A stretch of 64,000 nt of DNA. Origin: Chrysomallon squamiferum. Its lineage: Eukaryota > Animalia > Mollusca. The notes below the pieces were generated by a model that was not told where the DNA came from, ran no database searches, and was given only the letters and a program-made list of their open reading frames with translations. Where the stretch lies: contig CM022665.1 of assembly GCA_012295275.1 (NCBI GenBank), forward strand, positions 44,950,001 through 45,014,000, read 5' to 3'. Positions 35,701 to 48,420 of this stretch are shown here, piece by piece; position 1 is the stretch's first letter, and the number at the start of each line of letters is the position of its first letter. A program made the position numbers and the translations under genes.

Positions 35701-37333
35701 CCTGCTTCTGAGTAACATTCTATGTATGTGTGCGTGTGTGAATATTAATATAGAGACACATATATGTGTTTCTATTTGTGTTTATTTCGAAACGTTTTCT
35801 ATCGTTTATTCCTTATGGCTTTTGTTTAAAGTGCATTATCCTACTTTTCACATTTATAACTAACTAATCTTCTCGTATTATTACTTACTTTTACATAATT
35901 GTGTTGTGTCACAGGATTCATATTCTGTTTTGTTAGAATCTCCTATGCATAGTTTTAGTTTGTTTCCAGTATCTGGGAGTTTCTTACATGTTCGAATTTT
36001 CGATACAACAGCTGTACCGACACCACATGTGTTATTGCACTTTTCGTGCTCTTTTGTCCATTCATTCCACTCGCCAGAAACTTAGAAGAAGAAAACAAAT
36101 CAAGATATGAAAATTATTTATTTATTTCTTTATTTATTTATTGTAGAACATCAATTAATAGTATACTGCATGGACGTACAAAGAGAGAGAGGCATATCTA
36201 CATAAATGTTTGTTTTGTGTCGATGTTATGATATAGCATGGCATCAACTAGACGTGTTTGTCTTGGTGTTTGTTGGTTTTAGAAAGAGATCGGCTAATCT
36301 ACTTACCAGCATCGCAAACTAATTTATATTCCGATGATTTATTTTTCGCGTCTTTCTTGATTTTATCTCCAATTAAACCTTTACATTTATCATTTTTCTC
36401 TGTGGCACGAGCAGCATCTTGGAAACACGTTGATACCAAATTGATCTTAGTTTTCCTACAAGTGTCAGAATACAGTTTCGTGAGTACCACAATGAAACAG
36501 ATGAAAACATACTGTTAAATGTTTAGATGAAAAGCATTGCCATGAATAATGATATAGGTATGATTATAAGAAGCAACGATCATAATTAAACAAATACAGA
36601 TATAACCGTATACATACCTATTCAAGTAGGTTCAGCCATACATACGTATATAAATAGAAATGTACACATCTAACTCAAAGAAACGGATAATAGACTTACG
36701 TGCAGTGCTTATTCCTGAATGTGAAAACCGATTCCCCTTTCGGAATAGAACCTTCTTGCCCACGAGAAAGCATAATCGCCATTGTATCGTTTGTGTGACC
36801 AGTACTATTAACACATCTAGCTAACATCGCAGTGTAGACAGTTTTGCACGTATCCTCTTCACCTGAAATGTAAAGGAACGTTTGTATCGTTTAGTGTTTA
36901 CTCACTGAGCGTTCGTTGCTTTAGTTTCCGTTATTTCTTTCAACACCACGTGGTAGCTTTTTCTGTGTATTGAACTTTTCACATAAGGACGGCATATTTG
37001 CTGTGTGCTGTTCGAAGTTTGGTATTTTTTTTTTATAAATTTACTCAGTTTCAATCGTGCTTGGACAGATAATCTTCGTCAAAACATATAACTTGTCCTA
37101 GCACAATGATCATTTGGGTCAATGGTATTATTGGTGTTTCGTCTTTTCCACCGGAATTGCTAATCTACACGGGATAAATAGGGTGCATTCGGCTACTTCT
37201 ATTGTTATATCTTCACATATCTGGTAGCATATAGGTGTGAGTTATTTCAGCTGTATTACCTGTCTGTTTCTCTGATGTTTACATGTTTGTTCTTCAATGT
37301 GAATACCTGCTTCTGAGTAACATTCTATGTATG
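27017..37333 (-). repeat. 1.6 kb tandem array, right arm, inverted orientation (~6.4 copies)
   Basis: Reverse complement of the left-arm unit, period about 1603-1615; ends abruptly at about 37333. Confidence 0.97.
27050..36862 (-). CDS. Spliced repetitive extracellular protein (6-Cys domain + TSP1 repeat)n, internal exons, right arm
   Basis: Exon A starts (minus) at 36862, 35258, 33649, 32046, 30440, 28826 and 27211 (the last has a 1-nt deletion); six B and six C exons lie between them with the same splice signals. Confidence 0.82.
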
Positions 37334-39541
37334 CGGCGAACTCCGGATATCGGCGACGTTGCGCGAAAGAAAGAATTAAAGTTTACTTTAAAAAATCACC
37401 GGTGATTGTAAAACATCTTAACTTCTTAGAAAAAAAAAAAAAGATAATAATGATAATAATAATAATAGATGGCTTTCCATTTCTAGTTAATATCCTATTC
37501 TTGATAATCAGCTCAGTCGGTTTCGACTTTAATTTATTTAATGTCAGATTTGGCATGTACTGCTGAAGCAACTGTGGTCAAAAATGACACTTAATATTTC
37601 TATACCTCATGACTCGTTTTTTTTTTTTTTTTTTTTTAGTTTGTATTATTTCGGATCCATTTGTGTGTGTGTGTGTGTGTGTGTTAATGTGTATGTGTGT
37701 GTGTGTGTGTGTGTCTTCAGGGGGTATTTAATTGACTTTGTTTTGTTTCTTTGTTTTATGTGTGTTTATTTATTTATTTATTTTTGGTGTTTTTTTACTT
37801 TTTTTTTTTCCGATCGTTACCGTATTTCATACGCTAAAGGCGCATCTGGCTGTTGAATATATTCCGCGTTCGTACTATTACAATCGTAACTATGTCGATG
37901 TGACGTAAGCACGGAAACAAACGACGTTACGTTACATCAGTATGGTAATAAAAAGCCGATACAGACTCGGGAGATTCATTCGTCCTTTGAAACAAGGGAA
38001 AAGCGTTTCAACCAACACAGACCTCGTCCTTTCTCTCAGTCTATTAATATTTTACACAGCAGAAGAGTTCGTTATAGCCGTTTAGGGCTTTGACTACAGA
38101 ACAAACTAAATTATTCTGTTCCCTTTGTGCGACCCGGCCGTGGTGGTTGTCAGGTAAGGTGCGCTGACGTCAAGCATACAACAGCGGCGACGTGGTCACG
38201 TTATTCATCTTACGGAATAAATGTCGTAAACGTCGACGACGTCATTATATTTTTTTATGATCGATCGCGATATTGATGATGGTTGTTTGCATCATCTGTT
38301 TGTTAATTCATATCGTTTAGTTTTATCCATACAGTCTCTTAAGACGAAATAAAGACCTATTAATTGTGGATGGTATTTTATTCTCAGGTTATTTATTGCC
38401 CACATCAAAAGACACGATTAAAAGGAACACGATTCGATTGTTTAGTTTATTTTATTTTGTTTTTAGCTGAGATTATTAATTCTTGATATTTTATTTTATT
38501 TTTTTTTTTTTTTTTTTTTTTTTATTTTTTATTTTTTTTTTATTTTTTTTTTATCTGTCGTCGTCATTATTATTTATTTATTGATTTGTTTATTTCTCTC
38601 AGTATCCATCTATTTATACATTTATTTATTTTATTTATTAGCTATCTGCCTGTCTGTCTGTCAGTCTCTTTCCAACGTCAAACTGCATTTATTAAAACTA
38701 AATAATAATAATAATAATTACAACAATAATAATAATAATAATAATAATAACAATATCAATAGTAACAATAATAATAATAATAATAATAACAATAACAATA
38801 ATAATAATAACAACAATAACAATAATAATAATAACAACAACAATAAAAACAATAATAATAATAACAACAACAACAATAATAATAATAACAACAATAACAA
38901 TAATAACAATATAATAACAATAATAATAATAATAACAATAACAACAACAACAACAACAACAATAACAATAACAATAATAATAATAATAACAACAACAATA
39001 ATAATAATAACAATAATAATAATAATTACAATATTCAGAACATGAAGCACCATTTTTTCCCGGCTCGCACGACGTCCGCCATCTTGGTTTGATTTCATTT
39101 TTGCATGTTTTCTCTGCTGCTATAGAACAGGTGCTGTGCACGATATGGAATTAACTTGAGTAATACTGAATAGCAGATACTGAATAGCAGATTCTGAACA
39201 GCAGATACGGAACAGCAGAACGCGAAATGCAATCTCATAGTTACCACTGAATGTGTAATTCGATCTAAAGCCCATTGTAGAATACAGCGCACGCTTCAGA
39301 GTATCAGGTTGATTATTTATTTATTTGTTTGTTTGTTTGTTTGTTTGTTTGTTTATATATTTATTATTATTTATTTGTTTATATGTTTGTCTATTTGTTT
39401 ATTTTTCTTGTTTGTTTGTGCTTGTTTGTTTATTATTATTATTTTTCATTTTTTTTTAAATTTTATTTTATCTGATTTATTATCATTATCATCGTCATCA
39501 TTATCATTTACTTACTGCTATATGTTCTATAATTATTATTA

Positions 39542-39628
<87 letters not shown>

Positions 39629-39647
39629 ATGAGAGAGAGACAGAGAC

Positions 39648-39678
<31 letters not shown>

Positions 39679-40279
39679 CACAGACAGACAGACAGACAGA
39701 GAGTCCCTTTCCCCAGCTGCAGTCACCCAAATTAATTAATTCTTGCATGCATTACAGAAGTATTTTCGGCCAACATCATCATTTTATTACAGCATGCACG
39801 CTATGCGTTATTGCATATCCTCGCTGCTTTTCAAAATCAATAACTCAATATTCAGGAGCGGCTCCTGAAGGGGAGGGTGTTGGTGGTGGTGGTGGTGGTG
39901 TCGGTGTTGGTGGGGGTGGGGGTTGTTTTCTCGGAACGTCAGCAATCACGACGACAACTACAGTCTGCACGCATTATAAAGAGTCTCTACTACATGATTC
40001 GTACTTGACCCGTTTTTTTTTCCCATTTTCACCAAACTGTACGTTATAATTTATATATATATATATATCTATATATAGATATATATATCCATTGGAAACT
40101 GAACACTTCGCCGTATCAAGCTACACAATACTTTTTCATCGCATGCTTGTAAATAATTTAGACACGTAGACAGACACGGGGGGATACGAACCAATGTTTA
40201 CTAATACACTTTCCTCTGAAAGCGAATCCTCGGACCCCCCACCCCCACCCCGACGCACATAATTTCCTTGACCCACCCA

Positions 40280-40311
<32 letters not shown>

Positions 40312-40378
40312 GTTGTTGTTGTTGTTGTTGTTGTTTGTTTTTCCTGTTAGTTATAACAGAGGCGAAATATGAATGGGG

Positions 40379-40411
<33 letters not shown>

Positions 40412-40705
40412 AGAATATAGAAAACCACTCTTGGGAATACGCTTGCAACTCAGGTTGTTCGCGGTTCTTCGTGGTTTTTCAACGCGTACCGCCGTTCCAT
40501 GTTTCTAATGCAATATTCCAATTCTGGGCTTACTCTGTGGCAAGTAATTAAAACTCGCTGGAGAACAAAAAGAGCCGAGTTTTCTGCGCTCGCTCGCTGG
40601 CTCGGTAATTATTTAAGTGGGTCGTGTTTTTCGAGAGTCACCGCTTTAAACGATTTGTGCATTGGGAAGGTTTATATACGTTACATATCGAGAGCGAGTC
40701 CCCAG

Positions 40706-40828
<123 letters not shown>

Positions 40829-40829
40829 C

Positions 40830-40894
<65 letters not shown>

Positions 40895-41178
40895 GAGAGA
40901 GAGATTGTGTGACTGTGTTATAAACAAGTGAATGGAGAGAGTGTGAGTGAACACAATTGTCGATGTGGTGTTTTATTGCTCTGTGTTGAGTGCGCGTGTT
41001 TTCCTGATTACGAGTGTTTGCGTGCAAGAGAGTTTGTACAACTGTTGTGTCTGTCTACACAGGAGATAGTAGGTCAGTGTGTGTAACTGAGTCGATAGCT
41101 ATACATACATACAGATAGTAACACAGACAGAAAAACACAGAGAGATAGACAGATAGTTAGAGACAGACAGACAAACAG

Positions 41179-41209
<31 letters not shown>

Positions 41210-41609
41210 ACGATAGATAGATAGATAGACAGACATAGATAGAGAAATAGAGATAGATAGATAGAGACAGACATAGACAGATAGATAGATAGATAGATAG
41301 ATAGACAGAACGATAGATAGATAGACAGACAGACACAGTTAGAGAGAGATAGAGAGATAGATAGAGACAGACATAGATATATAGATATAGAGATAGACAG
41401 TCAGACAGATATACAGATATTAGACAGATAGATATATAAATAGAACGGTAGATAGATAGATAGATTGGAAGTTATATATATAGACAAACTGATTGTCAGA
41501 CAGATAGACATACTGATAAATGGATAGACAGTCAGATATAAAAATAAATAGATAGACAGACAGAATTCATTCTTTGGCTCGCTCTCTCTTTATTTTCCTC
41601 TTTCCCACG

Positions 41610-41714
<105 letters not shown>

Positions 41715-41929
41715 CCATCTCGGTTTACAAAACGCTGAATTCGTCTAACACAATAGCTCTCGCAATAACGAACGTGTCGATATTTTCGCGTATTGTTTCC
41801 GTATGACGTAAGCACAGAACACAGCGGGTCAGGAATTGATGCATCTTCACAATTCTCATTCATAATTAACCTTCAAGTACAAAAATAGAACTTCTTTTCT
41901 TTTGCCTTTGTTTTTGTTTTTGTATTTGT

Positions 41930-41960
<31 letters not shown>

Positions 41961-43972
41961 ATCGTTAATCAAACAGAAAATTGTTAGAATTAATCAATAA
42001 TAACTTATTTTCGAAATAACTGATTACGAGATAAACACGTATGTATGCACAGAAACAGACAGACAAATACAGACAGACAAACACAGACAGACAAACACAG
42101 ACAGACTATACATACACTGTTAATTAAATAATACTTTAATAAATATTTACATAATAATTTTATGTGTATGTGTGTATGTATCTATGTTTGTTTGTATGTA
42201 TGTACAAGTGCGTGAATGTTTATCTGTAAGTGTAGTTGTGGGTATGATGTATGCATGCATGTATATATGTATGTAAATATGTATGTTTGTATGTTTGTAT
42301 GTGTGTATGTGTGTCTGTACGTGCGCATGTCTCTCTCTTTACCCTGCCTCATAATCTAACATTGCTTTTTTTGTTGTTGTTGTTGTTTGTTTGTTGTTGG
42401 GTTGTTGTTGTTGTTTTGTATTTTTGTTTGTTGTTTTTATTATTTTGCTTTATTTTTCTTTCTTTATTATTACCATATATTTTCAACGAGTATTATATAT
42501 ATATATATTTAATTCAACGTTATTTTTACGCTGCCAATAAAACACTTCTTGAAACGGCCTGTTTGACGTAGAGTCTGTTGGAGATCGCGTGCAGTTTGAA
42601 AATGGCTGCGATAAAACTTAATCAAGAAATGAATTCTTTCGTGATCAGATGATGTAACTGTTGTCAGGACTGCTGTGACATGTCACAAGTGTCACCAGTA
42701 TCCGCGCTTTAGATTTAAACGTTTGGCGTTTTGGCTTCGACCGTAAATTTGTTCAGAGGAACGTTTTTACCCTGCTAAAGTAAGTGGACGTTTTAATGAG
42801 GCACGTGCGTAAAGGGTGACCTAGTTTATCTTTCATTTTAATTTGTGAAACGTTTAGTAAGCGATTTATTCATTTACTGGCTTGTTTGTTCGTTTGTTTA
42901 GTTAGTTAGTTAGTTAGTTGTTTTTCTTTTCTTTTCTTGTATTTTTTTTAATTAAATTTCTTTAAGTTAGTTGGTTTTCTTTTGTTTTTTTTTTTTTTTT
43001 TTTTATTATTATTTTTTTTTTTTTTAATTAAATTTCTTTTACTTATTAACTTGTATATCGCATGTTTTTTTTTTATCATGATTCAATTTTTAATAATGTA
43101 AAAAACTCTTAATGCTGATTTGCAACACTTTACTGAACACTATCCTTATTACTGATACTGTAATGGATATTAATGGCGTGTTTAAACGAATCGTCATTTC
43201 CCAGTGTGGTATGTCGCGGATCTGTTGCCATGGACAACGATTAACGATTAAAAGCAATTATCTTTCGCTAACACTTTCCACAAAACAAACAAAAAAAAAA
43301 AAATAAAAAATAAAAAATAAAAAAAAGATATCTGTTACAGTTATTCATACATCACTTTTTGGTCATCAGCGTTACGGGAAATTAAACCAAGTGGTGCAGT
43401 AAAGTATCGATCCCGAAGCCCTCTACACTTCATGTAGAGTTTCTTTTACCACGGTTCACCATTTCACGGGTGAGTGACTTTTTTCAAAATTAAAAAAAAA
43501 AAAAAAAAAAAAAAAACATGAAAGAGAAATTAAAGGCAAATCGATCGGCCATATTTGACGTCACAATGACGCAAAAATATTGTGTGACCAAAGGAGCCAA
43601 AGGAAAAAAAAAAATAAAAATAAAATAAAATAAAAAATTAATAAAAACTGTGGACGTAATCTGCTGGAAAAAAATAACGACATTTTTTTTTTTTTTTTTA
43701 CGCTTAAGAATGGACAGTAATTTCTGCACTGTGGTGTAACTGACTGCTATCGGCAGGTGGTCGTATCTGTGAGTGCTCGCCAAGCACGGCGCTATGAAAA
43801 TGAACGTCGATAACAGTCAGATGCGATCTGTCTCGAAGTCACTGAAGTAATCCGATTATAACTCGTTTCGAAAAGTTATCAAGTGTGAACGCGTCTTAAC
43901 GATACCCAGGAAAAGGTTCGATGCGTGCAGCCGTGCGGTGATAAATAACAACAAGAGCAACAGCTACAACTG

Positions 43973-44015
<43 letters not shown>

Positions 44016-44093
44016 TATCATTATTATTATTATTATTGTTATTATTATTATTACTATTATTACTATTATTATTATTATTACTATTATTATTAC

Positions 44094-44135
<42 letters not shown>

Positions 44136-45366
44136 CGTTATTATTATTATTACTATTATTATCGTTATTATTATTATCATTATTATTATTATTACTATTA
44201 TTATTATCATTATTATCATTATTATTATTATTATCATTATTATTATTATCATTATTATTATTATTATTATCATTATCATCATCATCATTATCATTATCAT
44301 TATTATCATCATCATTATCATTATTATTATTATTATTATATCTACGACAACAACAACCACAACCACCACAACAACAACAACAATAACGAACATCAGGAAT
44401 AAGAATTATCTGTTTAAGAAACTGTTGGGTGAATAAGTCAAAAGCAAACTGTAAATAACCCTTAAACCGCTCTCTGGTTTCTCAATCACATATTGTGTAT
44501 TGTTGGTGTTGGCTCACTCGATGTCGGTGGCGGTTCGTATTACGTTTGTGGACTGTTGATGACTAATTTCCTTTCTGTTGTAAGTGTGAATTATTGATGA
44601 AGGACGACTTCGCCGCTCTGATGTTTCATACATCAACGTTCTGTGTGTAATGGTTTGTGCTCGATTGTGCGTTATTCTCATTTATATAGAAGTGTGTTTT
44701 GTGAACTGTTGATTTATGATTATTATTATTATTATTATTATTATCATCATCATCATTGACAATTCTACAGCTTTACTACTACTACTATTATTAATGCTAC
44801 TTCTACTACTATTTCTACTAGTACTACTAAAATTACTACTACTACTTGTACTACCACTTCTACTATTTTTACTGTTGTTGTTATTAATGCTATAATACTC
44901 CAACTACTACTACTATTATTATTATTATTATTACTAATATTATCATCATCGTCGTCGTCATCACTGTCATTGCTACTACTACAACTACAACAACCATTAT
45001 TATTATTATCATTATTATTATCATCATTATTATTATTATTATTATTATCATCATCATCATCATCATCATCACTAATACGAGTTACAAAATACTACACATG
45101 TGTATACAGGAATTAACTTACTATAGATTTCCTGCTCTTATTTATTTTATAAATTCAAACAATAACAATAATAATCATTATTATTATTATTGTTATTACG
45201 CGCAACTATCTCCGCATGCTGAATCTCTCGTCACTGCAAATCACTGCTAATTACTGTTCAGTCTTCTCCTTTCTAGTCCAGCTAAACGCTGGAAACATGA
45301 TACCGCGTTCTATTGTTTTGTAGCTGACACACACTCGCTCGGCAAGTGGCTCTTCTGCAGTATGAT

Positions 45367-45419
<53 letters not shown>

Positions 45420-46032
45420 ACGACTGCTGTTAGCCTCTCCTGCTATTTGCAATAAAGCGAATGCACGTTGATGATGATTTCTAACCACACGGGCAAAACG
45501 ATAAATAAACAGATCAGATGGTTTTAAGGATGTCGATGTGTACCGAAAATAAATATGCTCCTAATATATATTTATATATATATAATCATTGTATGCATGC
45601 GTACGTAAAGTTAATGTACTTATGTTCTTGGCTGCATACATATATACGTACATACATACATTCATACAAATATACGTATAGATACACACATACACATTCG
45701 TACGTACGCACGTTCATACGTATATACATACATACATACATATGTACGTAGATAAACATACACATATATATATAAAATTGTATTTGTGAATTGTTGATTT
45801 ATTATTACTATTATTATTATCACCATCATTGTCATTACTACTGCTTTACTACTACTACTACTACTAATATATATATATATATACATACATACATACATAC
45901 ATACATACATACATACTTACATACATACATACATACATACACAAACATAAATATATATACATGTATACAAACACATACACACTTAACTACTTAAATAAGC
46001 ACATAGGAACATACTTACACTCATACACATAC

Positions 46033-46077
<45 letters not shown>

Positions 46078-46183
46078 TACACATATACACATACACATAC
46101 ATACACACGCAACTAATTTTAACCCTTTAACAAAGATGCCCTAGTTAAAAGCAGTCCTGAATTTCAAACACTCTTGGAATGAC

Positions 46184-46535
46184 AAAGGACAAAAAGAAAA
46201 ACTTGTGTTTTTTGCGAAAACCTGTCAATCGTAAAGCAGAGGTAAAACATTACAGACGGTATTTTCTGTACGTAACTACTGTGTGGTAAGCTTAATCGGT
46301 ATGGTTTACGAAAATCGCTCAGTGTGTCAGACCCACAAAAGGATACACACAACGCGGGCGACATTTAGACACAAGACACGCTAACCTGAAATACTGGTTA
46401 CCGACAGAAATGTAAAGGACAAAAAGAAACTTGTGTTTTGCGAAAACCTGCCGATGTTAAACCAGAGGTAAAACATTACAGAAGGTATTTTCTGTGTGTA
46501 ACTACTGTGTGGTAAGTTTAACGGTATTGTTTACA
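46184..46535 (+). repeat. Two direct copies (~125 bp) about 230 bp apart
   Basis: AAAGGACAAAAAGAAA..CTTGTGTTTT..GCGAAAACCTG...CAGAGGTAAAACATTACAGA.GGTATTTTCTGT..GTAACTACTGTGTGGTAAG at 46184 and 46414. Confidence 0.85.
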
Positions 46536-46931
46536 GAAGAGATAAAAAAAAAAAAATAATAATAATAATTGCGTACAAGTATAGTATTTAAAAAAAAAAA
46601 AAATTAATAAAATAATAAATTAATTAATAAAAAACAAAAATAACTCAGAAAGAAGGATTTATAAATAAATAAAAAATAAAAAATAAATAAATAAAATAAT
46701 TAATTAATAAAAAAAACTAAAATTGTTCAGAAAGAAGGATTTATAAATAAATAAATAATAAAAAAAAAATAAAAATAAAAATTAATTAATAATAATAATA
46801 AAAAAAAATAAAGTAAGTCAGGAAGATTGATTTAAAAAATATGATGCGATGGCTTGTTTAATAATCCGATTTCAAGAAAACTGAATAAATAAATAAATAT
46901 GCCTGTTAATAAATAAACGAAAACTATATAT

Positions 46932-47005
46932 TGAAATGAATAATTTTTGCTTTTTTAAAGTGAAGCTTTAATTGTATTTTATATTTATTTATTAATATAT
47001 ATTGA

Positions 47006-47058
<53 letters not shown>

Positions 47059-47100
47059 CAATTAAAGCTTCACTTTAAAAAACAAAAATTATTCATTTCA
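46932..47100. repeat. ~46 bp inverted repeat flanking an (AT)n core
   Basis: TGAAATGAATAATTTTTGCTTTTTTAAAGTGAAGCTTTAATTGTATT versus AATACAATTAAAGCTTCACTTTAAAAAACAAAAATTATTCATTTCA. Confidence 0.85.
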
Positions 47101-47749
47101 GTGAAAGAATTTGTTGCTATTAGAGGTTTTTTTTTTTCAATGTTATATTATTTGCGTGTATTTCATCATAAAAACGTTCTGAAAAAAATATTATCATAAC
47201 TACTATCATCATCATCATCATTAGTAGTAGTAGTAGTAGTAGTTCATGTATTGCTGCTGCTACTACTACTACTACGACTACAATTATTATTATTATTATT
47301 CTACTTACGTATTGTCACACATGCTGTTGATGTAGCAGCTATTGTCAACAACAGTAATCACACTGAATATGATCCATTATCCACGTGAACAAAGTACACA
47401 TCCATATCGCGTTTCTAACTGTATCATTTTTTTTTGGTATCCTTCGTTCCAACAGTTACAAATTAAATACACAACAAAGAAACAAAAAAAAGGGCAGAAT
47501 TCCACGAAACTTGAATCCTCTCGTCTTTTTTAAAACTGAGGGTTAAACCACTTTTTAAACTCGTTTTTAGTTTTGTTTATAAAAAATAATAATAATAATA
47601 CTAAAAATAAATAAATAAATAAATAGTAATAATAATGATAATTTAAAATATATTTATCAACACTCTCTCAGTTTGTAAATATTTAAATAAATCATAAAGA
47701 AATAATAAAAATAAAAATATATATAAATATATATATATACAACAACAAC

Positions 47750-48420
47750 GTTAGTTGAGAAGTACTAGCTGAAACACTGCAAACTTTGCAGACGATATCC
47801 GGTTAGCAGTAGGCGCGTAGACTTCGCAAGGCTTGGATTTCCTTCCACTGTCACTTACTTTTCCCGGCATAATCATCATCATCATCATAATAATAATCAT
47901 CAACGACGTTGTCATCGTCGTCATCGTCGTCGTCGTAGCTACGCCAGCTGAAACGAAACGCGGTGTTGCTGTAGCGCGTGTGCTATCAACCACAGTCGAC
48001 TCAGTAGTCAGTCAGCTCGCTGTCTCTCCCGAGACGCGAAGAGTAAAAACCGCCTTTCATTGATTCGCCATACCGATTGACTTGTAGTAGTACACACACA
48101 CAATTCAACAGTCGAACGAGCGAAGCTGGGCTGGGCGGGGAGGGCAAAGGAACAGCCGGCTCGCGCGGCCATGTTATCTTAGATAGAAAAAAAAAAAAAA
48201 AAAAAAAAATTTGCGGCGGGCGGGGACGGGGAGCGGGGGGGTCGGTCGTACGAATTATTACCAATAACGTAAAGAGGCGGAGTATTCCGAAACGCCGAAA
48301 CGGAAATTTCGTATTACTTTTAAGGAAAGAAAAGAAAGGGATCGCCTTTTTCCGTCGCGATGTAGGTTGAGTATATCGGGTTTTGATAACAAAAAAAAAC
48401 CCCAACAAAAACAGGTAAAT
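47750..48420 (-). promoter_or_regulatory. CpG/GC-rich island, candidate promoter and 5' exon of an unidentified gene
   Basis: Locally high GC and CpG; GGGCGG boxes near 48133 and 48217; CCAAT at 48261; a minus-strand GTAAGT donor downstream at 47308-47303. Strand is tentative. Confidence 0.35.

Noticed and set aside
21880-36814. Repeated 60-86 aa ORFs in the 1.6 kb array (MLIVLV.., MSWCLL.., MLFCPF.., MFVLQC..)
   Set aside because: Wrong frame, antisense or intronic relative to the spliced A-B-C exons; only MVLTKL.. overlaps exon B in frame.
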